From Seison nebaliae (taxonomy: Eukaryota): DNA of 20,000 bases. Shown one piece after another: positions 1 through 11,850 of the stretch. The notes under the pieces are model-generated. The model was not told the origin of the DNA and made no database searches. It worked only from the letters and a program-made list of their open reading frames with translations. Position 1 is the stretch's first letter, and each line of letters begins with the position of its first letter. The stretch spans positions 50,392 to 70,391 of the forward strand of contig JALJEE010002614.1 of the NCBI GenBank assembly GCA_023231475.1, in the 5' to 3' direction. Position numbers and translations under genes: made by a program.

Positions 1-12
1 ATTCTCTTCATT

Positions 13-426
13 TTAATAATAAAAAAGGTGCACGGTCGTACCAATACAGGAAACACGTATGTGAAAAAGAAACGGAATAAATTGTTGGTCGAACACCAAA
101 CGAAATTGTAAACAGATTTTTTGCAGAAAATGCATAAATGCATCCTGCTTCCCTTCCCAGTAGTGTCCATTCTTTATTATTAATGACAGTCCTCTAAAAT
201 GATGATAATCGATTTCTGATAATATTCTGAAATGGTTTTCCAGAAACGAAAATGTTTCTCTTTCATCCGAAACAATAAAATCATATTTCATGAAATAAAA
301 TGTACTTATTGAGTCGAATGTCATTTCGTCGATATTTTTCTCTAATCGAACATGTTTTTGAATGAAAAATTCGATCGGTTCATAAAACTGTAAATTATTT
401 TCGACGAAACTATAAATATCGGAACT
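13..426 (-). CDS. Possible coding exon of an unknown protein (partial)
   Basis: The frame of ORF 13..324 stays open upstream to an AAG acceptor-like site at 429-427 (SSDIYSFVENNLQFYEPIEFFIQKHVRLEKNIDEMTFDS...). About 137 stop-free codons in very AT-rich DNA; no recognisable family. Confidence 0.35.
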   Translation of the reverse strand, partial: SSDIYSFVENNLQFYEPIEFFIQKHVRLEKNIDEMTFDSISTFYFMKYDFIVSDERETFSFLENHFRILSEIDYHHFRGLSLIIKNGHYWEGKQDAFMHFLQKICLQFRLVFDQQFIPFLFHIRVSCIGTTVHLFYY

Positions 427-3400
427 CTTGGAAGTAGAAAGTTATATGAACTTCTTGAGTAATAATTAATCTTTATAAATTTTTCTTTCGTTACCATTTA
501 CCAGAAACAAACTTGGCGAGTGTATGTTTCTTCTCCAATCCTCTAAACCATTATTATGATGATTATGATATTATCGAACATGGATAATATTTTCAAATTT
601 GATTTACGTTATGTAATTAATTAGGAAACAATTCGTTCTCATTATTAAACGGCTGTTTTCTTTCAGTGCACAGAAAATGCACATGCTTTTTCTTTATCAA
701 TATATTTTTATTTATCTACTCTCGGGTTAATGGTGAAAATAATCGGATTAAAATCGATCAGTCTGCCGGTAATTGTGTACAGACCACACACACACACGTA
801 TTATTCAGAAGATTTTTGAAGAAGTCGAATTTATCATCACATCATCTAGAGTCAATAATGGATCAGGAAGATGCGGTAAATAAATTATTTATTACACTTA
901 AAATTAGTAGTAGAGGTTAAAGGGAAAATTAATTTAGCGTCTTCCTCAGGAAGTGGACTACTGTAACGAATTCAAGTGTATTATATAATTTGATTCATTC
1001 GTTTTATTTCGAGTTAAGAGGAAATTCACAATTATTTTTGAAGAGCACCAATTCGTGATATTGATGATTGGAAGAGTCACAATAAATATTCAATATAACT
1101 CAGTAGTGCATATTGATTGGGATGTGTGGGCTCATTAGGGGGAGCATGTGCATTATGTGATATATCTACATATGAGGAGTGACAAATTACTTCAACAATA
1201 TTGATGTGAACATGTCACATTTATAAATCTGAACAAATGAAGATGAGGAAGAGAATTCGCACTTGAATTGTTAACTGGAATGGTGGAATTGAATGAAGTA
1301 TTGTTTAATGATGTTTGATGAACATCTCCCTCCAGAATATTACTTTGTTACTAATCTAACAAAAGAACAATGAAAACCATTCCCAATATTTATGCATATT
1401 TTCCCTTTGACTACTTCATTATATGGAAGAGAGTTCCATTCTCCACACCGCCATTAAAACGACTTCGGATTAATAAGAATAATAATCACTAAAAATAATT
1501 CGAATTTCATACAAGATATTCCCAATAAGTGTTTGGTTGTAAGAGGAAAATAATAATTTCAAACATTCAAAAATTACTACGATAGTTATTGTAGTTTTCT
1601 GGTTGGAGTAGCAACAGAAGCTTACTCCACCATCTAACCTATTCATTCTTTTCTTTAATTGTTCGATAATGAATATGAATTATATTCCTTCATCCAACTC
1701 AAATTTCTTTCTTTCCTTCAGTTATCAACTCATTATTATATAATTACAATGAAACGTATACATAATACCGGCGACTTATCGTTCGATAATATTTTCAATT
1801 CCAAAAGAATATATAAAACTCCTTCAATATATATATATTTCTTATAAAGGCAGCATATATATACTATGCAATCATACATATTACGTATAAGAAGTAATTT
1901 AACGTTAATGTACATTTGACGAATAAATAAAATGAAATTATATGATAATTTTAGATGAATTACCTGCGATAAATATACGCTAAAGAAAGAAAGTTATTTT
2001 CTCTCCCACCTAAAACCCTCGACTTACACGCTACATGTCGACTCACACATCTTGATGGCAGAGTTCTATTCTATGTATATTATTTCTGTGCGTAATTATG
2101 TAAATATGAAGGTTCTTTCCTCTTCATTTAACTTTAAGTCGTTTAATGAACGCTGAATCGACTACCATCTCAGTTGCCTAAAGTAAACTCTAGCGATTGT
2201 CCTTCATCAATTACCACACATTTAACGAGAGAATTAAGAAATTGTTATGTTATATGAGCTTTGATCACGACCAATTCCAGTTCAATTACAGCTGTATCGC
2301 TTTAAATTTAATTCTACACTTGACTATCATATCATTCCTTAAATAAGAATTTCTTTCCATATTATGTAATATTTGAAAAGGAAGGAAGAGAATGTACATT
2401 ATTTTCTCATTAATAGCAATGCCAAAGTTGTAATGGATTCTCTGCAGATTCTTCTTCCATTTCTTACCTTCCACGTTACTATTAAAATAAAACTAACTTC
2501 TTAATGCAAATTTCTTCGATACTTAATATCGGCATAAAAGTTTGATTACTCAATCACATAACAATCATTTATAGTGAATGGAAGGAAAAATTAATGTGCA
2601 CAACCATCTCCTTGAAATTGAACATTTCTTCGTTACTTATTGATAAATAATTCTTCTACATTTGTCCTCGAGGTAGAAAGGTGGACAGACATCGACTACT
2701 AAAAAATACAAACAACATTCTTGCCTCATTGTAACTTACACCAACTCAGCAAATTTCGTTCTGATAAATTGATGAATTTATATTTGAAATTTATTACAAA
2801 TTTAATTTACTAAAAAACACTTCAAATTTTATCATTAGCCAATAAACTTTTGATTAACAATTTTAAAAAAAATTGTTAGAAATTGTTAGATGTTAGATCA
2901 ATAAAGAATGAATGAAAGTTCGAGAACAAAATGAAATATCAAAAAATGAATCATGAAGAAACTGTTGTGTAGAATATGGCAGATGTAGATGAATCTTCTA
3001 TTCCAGTTGATGTGCAGAACTGATGAATATCATTGTAAACAGTTGTTGCCAATAATATGATATGCTCAATATGAAATATCATTTATTCTTGTCAATTAAA
3101 GAGATAAAAGCAGTAAAAACTCTCCAGCATGTCACACAGTATCATCATAATTGTAATTCATATAATGTTTATTGTCTGTTGATAATCGCCCGATGATGAC
3201 TCTTCTAATCTCGTTCTCATTTTGATGAGTAACACAAATAGCCGTCGAAATAAATTATAATATCACAACAACAACTGATCTTAACCATCCACATCTAATC
3301 TTACATTAGTTAATATTCGAATATAAAACGGTGTCATTCTCTCCTCACAATTCCTTATGTGTAAATTGTCGCTATTGTTTATTTTTCTCGTTAAATTTAC

Positions 3401-3623
3401 TATTAGATTCACTCATCCATTTTATAGGAAAAATAAATAAAAGTAGAAATATATCGATTAAATGATAAACATCTTATCGTTCCCGATAATATATCGATGA
3501 AAAGAATGAATTGAACAAGTTTAGAGAATAATTAATCAAGTGAAAGTTATCACAACATGGTAAGAGTTTCAAGGGAAAGAAAAATTTATTTTTATCAAAA
3601 CTATAAATAATTACATAATCAAT

Positions 3624-3940
3624 TCAATTTTCCATTATCTCTCCCAATATCCAATCGACGTCACTCAATTGAAGAGCGACGAAATGTTCGATCAATTTCC
3701 CATTTCTCTTCAAATGAGAATGTTCCTACAATTTCTCTTTTATGAAAAATAGACCAAAAATTTTAACAAACAAAATTTCCGTAACAAACGAGATTTTTGC
3801 GCATTGGAAAAAATTGTAATTGGAAAAAATTTTTGGAAATAAGAAACATTTCTTGTTCTCCCATTATTTCTTCTCGTTCGTTTCTCCAAATTAATTTCTC
3901 CCGATGATTTATGATGAAATCTGTCAGTTTGTTGTAGCAT
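3624..3940 (-). CDS. Speculative two-exon small ORF or terminal exons of an unknown gene
   Basis: CTACAG acceptor or ATG at 3940, exon 3940-3848, GTTTCT...TAG intron 3847-3726, exon 3725-3624 ending TGA. Joins in frame to 64 aa (MLQQTDRF...GRTRN|EHSHLKR...GEIMEN). No homology support. Confidence 0.2.
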
Positions 3941-4867
3941 CTGTAGAGGAAGAAATATTTCTATGAAAATTCCTCCTATCATGCTGATGATGGTGATGGT
4001 TGAGGACTAGAGCGGAATGATGTGAAGGAATTAAGGAAACGATCATTCCAATTCGTTTATATATTAGTTGTCATCATTAGTGATTGATTGGACAATTTTC
4101 TATGTGTCAAATTGTTTTCGCTAATTATTGAATCAGAAATTTAAAAAACTGCTCCAAATTATTCCAACACCAAATCGATATTTTATCAAACATTTTATCA
4201 TTTTCCAAGAGAAAGAGAAACGAAGAATTTCAGTAATTTTCTTAAAAAATATAAAACTAATTTCTTTCGATCATCTTTCACTAAGCAGTTGCTGATTATT
4301 GACTTAAAATCCATAATTCAAATATTTGACATTTGAGAAGAAAGAATGTGCGAGGAAATGTTATGGTGACAATAATAATAATCATCGGGTATGAGTAGGT
4401 AGAGGATGAGAGAAATAATTTCCAATCAATATTCCAGTATTTGGAGAACGATTGAGAATGAAGACGAGACAATTAATTTTTCAATCCATTTCATATCAGT
4501 TCGAATGTTCTCATTATTATTTATTCCCATCACACGAATGAAAATTTGAAATTGACTTTTATTTTAATTTTTATATTTCACAAATGAAAAGAAAGTTCCT
4601 GAAGAATAAAACATACAGATAAGAAATCTAGATAGATTCATATTACTTGATCATCATACGATGATGAACGATATTTATCGATATGATGAATTGTATTTAT
4701 CGTTTCAATCGACGAGTATATTAGAATCATAGATCAGACGGATTAGAAATCAAAATTATTTTTTAAACGAAATTTTCTCATCGTCATCATCATCAATATT
4801 ATTATTATTATTTCATAACAATTTCATCATATCCTTTTTTTTTTCTTCAAAATTAAATTTATTCTCT

Positions 4868-6148
4868 TCATTTCAACGGCGATGCTGAGATCAATAACTC
4901 ATGATTGCATTCTTCATATGTCAATTCGTTATTATTTACTGTATTCTTCTCTTCTTCTACATTGTTGTTGTTGTTGTTGTTATGTCCTTCATTCGGTTCC
5001 GATTGTTGAACCTCTTCGTCTTTCTGACCTTCAATAAATTCATTCTTCTTCAATTTCCCAACATCTTGATCTAATTCTTTGTTTGCATCTAATTCCAAAT
5101 GTTTCCCATCTGATTTATCTCCATTATTATTATACGAAGTCTACGAGAATAAAATGAAAAAAAAAATTTTAAATTTAAAAACTTTTCTATCGAATCCTGG
5201 ATCGATTTCTTTCGGCTCGACATTCGGTGGGATATAAGGTCGATGTCTTTTCCCTCGTCGATCATCATAATGATAATTTCGTCGTGATGATGATGATGAT
5301 GATTGTGGAAGATGATAAGCTGAATCATTCCTTCGAGGTGGATACATGTCTCGATGATAAGTCTCTTTATAATGCGAATTATGATAATTGTTGCCCATAT
5401 ATTTATCATAATCATGTTCTCGATAACGATGATCTGGTGCCATTCTTGAACTTCCATGAGCTGATCTCGGATCTTTTGGTTTCGATATATATGATCGACT
5501 ATCCGGTCTCGGATCTCTGGGTAATCTTCTAGTGTCGCGTGACGAACGATCACTTTCTGGAACTGATCGTTTCGTATCATATGATGGCATATGTTTCGGA
5601 CGACGATTATAAGCATAATCGATATGAATCAATCTTCCACCAATTTTCGCCTATTTAAACAATGAAAAAATTATTAAAAGAATGAAAGAAATGACAGAAA
5701 TGAAAAATTTAACTTTTCCTTGACAAGCCTCATAAGCTTGAATTGCGTTACTGATAGAACGAAATTCGACAAATCCCCAACCCGGTGGCTGATGTGAAAC
5801 AAAAACTTCTTCTATCTCCCCATAATCACGAAATATATAATCCAAATCATGTTTCGTCGTTGACGAATCCAAATCTCCAATAAACAATTTATTTCGTGGT
5901 CGCGGTTCCGGTGACATAGGCGAGCGAACTCGTCTATTAGCCTGATATCTTCGTGAATCTTCTGGTGAATCACGAACTCGTCGATCTCGTGGAGGATATT
6001 GCGAATAACGATCATAATTCGAAGTAGTATACATGCTACGATTCTGACTCACATATCGCTCCGGTACATTATCCGGATAACGACTATAAGGACGTTGGTC
6101 AACGAACGTCTTCACAGGAGAACGCATTCGATTTTCTCGATTCGACAT
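4868..6148 (-). CDS. SR-family-like single-RRM RNA-binding protein (SRSF3/SRSF7-type RRM), 3 exons, about 391 aa
   Basis: Exons 6148-5714, 5650-5183, 5140-4868; introns 5713-5651 (63 nt, GTTAAA..TAG) and 5182-5141 (42 nt, GTTTTT..TAG). Splicing completes the RRM: KLFIGDL (RNP2)...PPGWGFVEF (RNP1; cf. PPGFAFVEF of SRSF3/7)...CQGK|AKIGGRLIHIDYA. Flanks are R/S/D/Y/P-rich with an acidic/Asn-rich tail. Start could extend via a short upstream exon. Confidence 0.8.
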
Positions 6149-6737
6149 TACTACCAACTTAATTAAGCTTATATCAAAAATACAGATAAACTAATATAGA
6201 TTAGTAAAAAGAGAACATTTCTCATGTACTAAACAGAGAATCAATTCACAAAATTCCCAAACTTTCTCATTTAAAAATTTTTTTTTAAAAATTATTTTCA
6301 TTCAAAATTTAAGCTTTTGAAATAACATTATCTTTTCCTAATCTTCAAATTCTACAATGTAGACACATTTTTGTATTTTTGAATTTTTGAATTCAAGAAT
6401 CATGTAGAATCTATATGATTCTTGAAACACATTTTTGAATTTTCTTTCTCTAACAAACAATGTCAGGATATCTCAAGAATTATAACAAATTTCTCTAACT
6501 CTTTCGTAAAAGAACACAATTTGAAATATGATGTAATATTTACAGTTTTCTAAATATTCAAATTTGAAATATTTTCGAAATTTTTCGCTATTTTTTTAAA
6601 AATTATTTAACAATTTTTTTTCCCATTTTTCTTCAAAGGGAAAGCTTTCGGAAATCTTTTTGGAAAATTCAACGAATTAAAAAGTTCAATCATACAATAA
6701 CCGAATAAAAATTAATTATTAATTTTTTTCCTAGAAA
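6149..6737. promoter_or_regulatory. Divergent (head-to-head) intergenic region between the RRM gene and PSMA1, probable bidirectional promoter
   Basis: Inferred from the opposite orientation of the ATGs at 6148 (-) and 6738 (+); very AT-rich; no specific promoter motif identified. Confidence 0.5.
6392..6426. repeat. Near-perfect 17-bp inverted repeat (hairpin/cruciform)
   Basis: TTCAAGAATCATGTAGA-A-TCTATATGATTCTTGAA, 16/17 complementary with one G.T pair; flanked by the direct repeat ACACATTTTTG at 6363-6373 and 6427-6437. Confidence 0.85.
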
Positions 6738-8070
<1,333 letters not shown>

Positions 8071-8234
8071 AAAGAGAATTATTAAATTTAAATTTTGATG
8101 AATAAAAGAGATTATTGTTGAAAAAAAGATGATTAAAATTTTTGAGGAAATGTAAAATGATTTGAGTTAAGAACGAAATGAATTAAATGAAACAGATTTA
8201 AATTGAAATTAGTTCTTTATTTTTTTATCGAAGT

Positions 8235-8693
8235 ATGATTCATTTGCGAGACTTACGTCGAATTCGAGGAAATTTGAGAAAGGTGAATAACAATAATAAT
8301 AATCATAAAAAACGATTTGATTGGAATGGATTTGTGACGAAATTCCTCTCATTCCTCGCCATCGCCATCATATTACAAATGATATCGTTCTTCTTTCGTA
8401 CACGTCAATATCCGTCATCTAATACGTCGTGGAATGAAGATGTGGTTAAATGGAGTAAGAAACAAATCGGAAAATTTTTATTAGATCGAAAATATAATCG
8501 ACGTTTGTATGATCCGAGAATCTTGTTCACCAAAATCCTTTTGAAAGGAGTTCTTTTGACTATTATATTCTTCTACTTCGATTTCCTTCGATCGAACTAT
8601 CAGCGATTATTACGTCAAGCGATCATCGCTTATAATATCGTCTCGAAAGAATATCGTGAGGATGAACATATGCAAATGCAAACAGTTGACTAA
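8235..8693 (+). CDS. Unknown 152-aa protein with two predicted transmembrane segments
   Basis: ATG-started intronless ORF; hydrophobic stretches FVTKFLSFLAIAIILQMISFFF and ILFTKILLKGVLLTIIFFYFDFL; CGA/CGT-rich Arg usage like neighbouring genes; AATAAA at 8696-8701. Confidence 0.6.
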   Translation: MIHLRDLRRIRGNLRKVNNNNNNHKKRFDWNGFVTKFLSFLAIAIILQMISFFFRTRQYPSSNTSWNEDVVKWSKKQIGKFLLDRKYNRRLYDPRILFTKILLKGVLLTIIFFYFDFLRSNYQRLLRQAIIAYNIVSKEYREDEHMQMQTVD

Positions 8694-9169
8694 CAAATAA
8701 AACGTAAAATAAAAGAAGTTGTTGAAATAAAATATTTATTTTGGATTTCAAATAAATTTTCGTCGTTCTTAAATTTTAATAAAAATTTATATTTTACTTA
8801 ATCATAATTATATAATGTTAATCATATTCAATCATATATATTATCATAGTATTATCTAATACAGTATACAAATACATCTTAAATACAATTAACAGAAATA
8901 AAAGTTCAAATATATTTGGAGACATCTCTTATCAATGACCATAATGAGTGAAATGATTAAAAAAAATTTGAATTTCTCATTGTCAGATTGGAATTTTCAA
9001 TATACTAAATATATTAATATGATATTAATAACGAAACTTTTATTTTCGTTTTTAGTTTTAGAAATTTGAAAGTTTCTGACAGTTTCTGTTTGTGAGATGA
9101 ATTTATTCTATGAAAATATGAATTATATATCAAATAAACAAACGTCGATTGGATAGTGTAGGAAAAATA

Positions 9170-9505
9170 TTATAAATTTGCGAATTGATTCTTAAAATTC
9201 TTTTTCATATATGCATCATAAACGGAAGCAAATGGAACGAATCCCACCAAATCCTTCACATTCTTCTTCGACATACCTTTTTCGTATTCGTTCTTTTCGG
9301 GCGAGAAGATTGGTGATTGATCAATATAACTTCTTTTATCGATCGAATGTCCTTTCTTCTGCTTCATTAATTCCTGATGTTTCTTCTGGAAATCGTTAAA
9401 ATGATCGACGAGCATATCATGACGCTGTTTGAGTGGTAGGGAATGAATAGTTGGAAAGTGGAAAAGTAGAAAGAGTATAATCGACAATGAAACAATGAAT
9501 TGCAT
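9170..9505 (-). CDS. Small secreted protein, neuropeptide/prohormone-precursor-like (111 aa)
   Basis: N-terminal signal-peptide-like segment MQFIVSLSIILFLLFHFPTIHS-LP, followed by several dibasic sites (KK, KK, KR, KK, KK). No named family recognised. Confidence 0.6.
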   Translation of the reverse strand: MQFIVSLSIILFLLFHFPTIHSLPLKQRHDMLVDHFNDFQKKHQELMKQKKGHSIDKRSYIDQSPIFSPEKNEYEKGMSKKNVKDLVGFVPFASVYDAYMKKNFKNQFANL

Positions 9506-9528
9506 ATTTCTTTATCGTTATTTCAAAA

Positions 9529-11512
9529 TTAGATGTCAATTTTACTATTTTTCAATTCATTTATTGACTCGTTTTTTTGCATAGGAAATTTTTTATTCAA
9601 TTTATTCCGTTGATTGTTTGAGTCGTTGTGATGATAAGTCCGTTTCATCGAATTAGTCGTACGGATCATTTCGGATATTTGTGAGGTATCCGGTGACGGA
9701 TATCTTCCGGCGTTCGCCGTCGTCGTTTGCCATTTATTTGAATCATCTTTATTCGACGAATTATTTATTGGAATTGGTTGTACTCGTTTTTGAGTAGATC
9801 TTGAACGATTATTTTGATTAAAATTTTTCACTTTAATATTCTCTTTCTCAAATGGTGAGATGGATCGATTTGATATGGAATTGGAAGCGGTATAAGTATC
9901 AAGAGAATTTTTCGCTTGTAAACAAAGAATCGAAGACGAATGAGTTGACGATTCAGTTGTAGTTTCTTCACTTCGATTCTCTTTTAAAAAGTTTATTTCC
10001 GATTGAAGATCACTATTATTCTTACTTAGTTGACGTGATAATGGTAATTTGGATTTCTTCCGATTATTCTTCTTTGACACTTTCGAGTATATTCCCAATG
10101 AATGGTAAAGTAGCGAGTTATCATCTTTCCCACCATATTTATATCGATGTTTATGTTTCCGATGATGATCGTCTTGATATTCTTCAGAATTATCTAATTG
10201 CTGTTGTTGTTGTTTTTCTTGTTTCTGTAATTGAGTTTGAGATGTGGATTGATTGAAAGTAGGACGAGTTTGTGATCGATCTTTGTGATCAGTTTGTAGT
10301 TGCGGCTCGTTTAGCATGGGAAGATATGATTGTGAGAAATGATAAATGTCGAAACAATCGTTGAGAACTTTGGTTGAATTTATGAGATTGGACGATTGAA
10401 TATCCGGATCAGTTAATCCATTTGAATTTGATGTTGGAAGTACATTCTTCGGTTTACATTGACAAAATTCATATTTCTTTTGAAGATAATACTTCGATAA
10501 ACCGACAATGAAACAAATTAGAATGACAATAAATAATGCGGCAATTGGAGCTAACACCGTACACATTACAATGGCCTGAGTCAAGGAGATGAGAGGTCGG
10601 TCCATCATGGTACTGGTTTGACTAGTCGAATGAAATGGATAAGAGGAAGGATTTGAAATGAGCATAAGTAATGTTTGATTAGTTACATTACTATTAAGTA
10701 ATTGAGTAGATGTTTTATGATACTGTGGCTGTTTACTTTTGAGAATGCCTCGATAGCTCATTTTGACCGATTGCTGATGTATCGGAATGGGATAATACGT
10801 CAAATTATTGGAAGAAGTTGTTGGGAAGTTGTTTCGATTGGGGTCCTTAGGAGAAGCGGCAGCTGTCGAAGTAGACGATGGTAATAGTAGGAGAATAATT
10901 GAAGTGAATAAGTGATGGCATTCAATTAGATGAATGGCTATGTTAGTGAGAGGATGTAAGATAATGGAAAAAAATCGAAAAATGATATGTAATCTTTCAA
11001 TGAGATGATGCGTGAAGGTTCGTTCAACTTTACTTTTCCAATCGGCAAAATGGTGGAGTAGATGATGGAAATTAGAGATAAAGGGGAAAACTGAACAATT
11101 CTTTCTCCCCCATATCTCATTAAGATATGCTAATTGGTTTTTTGTCTTCGGCCATCTTACGTCAAATGAGTTCCTTCGGAACGAACTTCTTCTGGCTGCT
11201 TGTGCACTTCCGTTCACCGGTCTGTTGATTTTATCAATTATATTCCAGATTCCTTCTTTCTTCTCTGACTTCGTCTGCCTCTTATTTCCAATACGCCTCG
11301 CCCCAACATTCGTTAATTGACGGAGGGATTCCAATTCTCCGTTTAGGAGGTTGGTTGATAATTCATAATTGATCAAAATTCGTCCATCACACAGGAAACC
11401 ATTTAACGACTCCTCACTCCAAATGCATATTATCCCTTTTGTCTTCCTTTTCTTCTTATTCCAATTAGATTTGGGTCTTGTCGATTTCCAATTTGTCTTT
11501 CTGGTTCTGTTT
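9529..11512 (-). CDS. Large exon of an unknown membrane protein (more than 650 codons; 5' exon(s) not located)
   Basis: The ORF 9529..11376 starts at TTG, but its frame is open back to a TACAG acceptor ending at 11513 (NRTRKTNWKS...GIICIWSEESLNGFLCDGRILINYEL...). Clear TM helix AIVMCTVLAPIAALFIVILICFIVGL, followed by a long S/N/Q/K-rich low-complexity tail. Confidence 0.7.
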
Positions 11513-11750
11513 CTGTATTAGGAAGAAATTGCATTAATATTCTCAAGTCATATGAATTGGAATGGGAAAGGAAGAACAGTCAATTACTTCGTTTAATTTC
11601 CTTCTATTTACTAATTAATTTAAACATACAAATCCGTTACATAACTCTATTATGACTAGTTTCTGACTAGTTTGAATTGTAGTCGCATAAGATTTTAAAG
11701 AGGAAAGAATAGAAGTTTTGTTCAATGGGAATTAAAGTCGTAAAGGGGAG

Positions 11751-11850
11751 AAAGTTTTTTTTCAACAGATTCAAATAGAAGAAAAAAGTTTTTCGAGAGA
11801 TTCGAATAAGAGAAGAAACTTTTTCAACAGATTCCAGTCGGGAAGGAAAA
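11751..11850. repeat. Degenerate ~31-33 bp tandem repeat (3 copies)
   Basis: Units resembling AAAGTTTTTTTTCAACAGATTCAAATAGAAGAA / AAAAGTTTTTCGAGAGATTCGAATAAGAGAAG / AAACTTTTTCAACAGATTCCAGTCGGGAAGG. Confidence 0.6.

Noticed and set aside
666..2474. ORFs 666..920, 1659..1847 and 2286..2474
   Set aside because: Short, non-ATG starts, composition typical of random AT-rich DNA; one spans a (CA)n microsatellite.
5089..6015. Overlapping ORFs 5089..5616, 5227..5532 and 5812..6015 as dual-coding genes
   Set aside because: Alternative-frame or antisense shadows of the low-complexity RRM gene exons, with Ile/Met/His-rich nonsense composition.
1955..6245. U1-like TTACCTG (about 1960) and U6-like ACAGAGAA (about 6233) words as snRNA genes
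   Set aside because: Only 7-8 nt matches, with no flanking snRNA sequence or structure.
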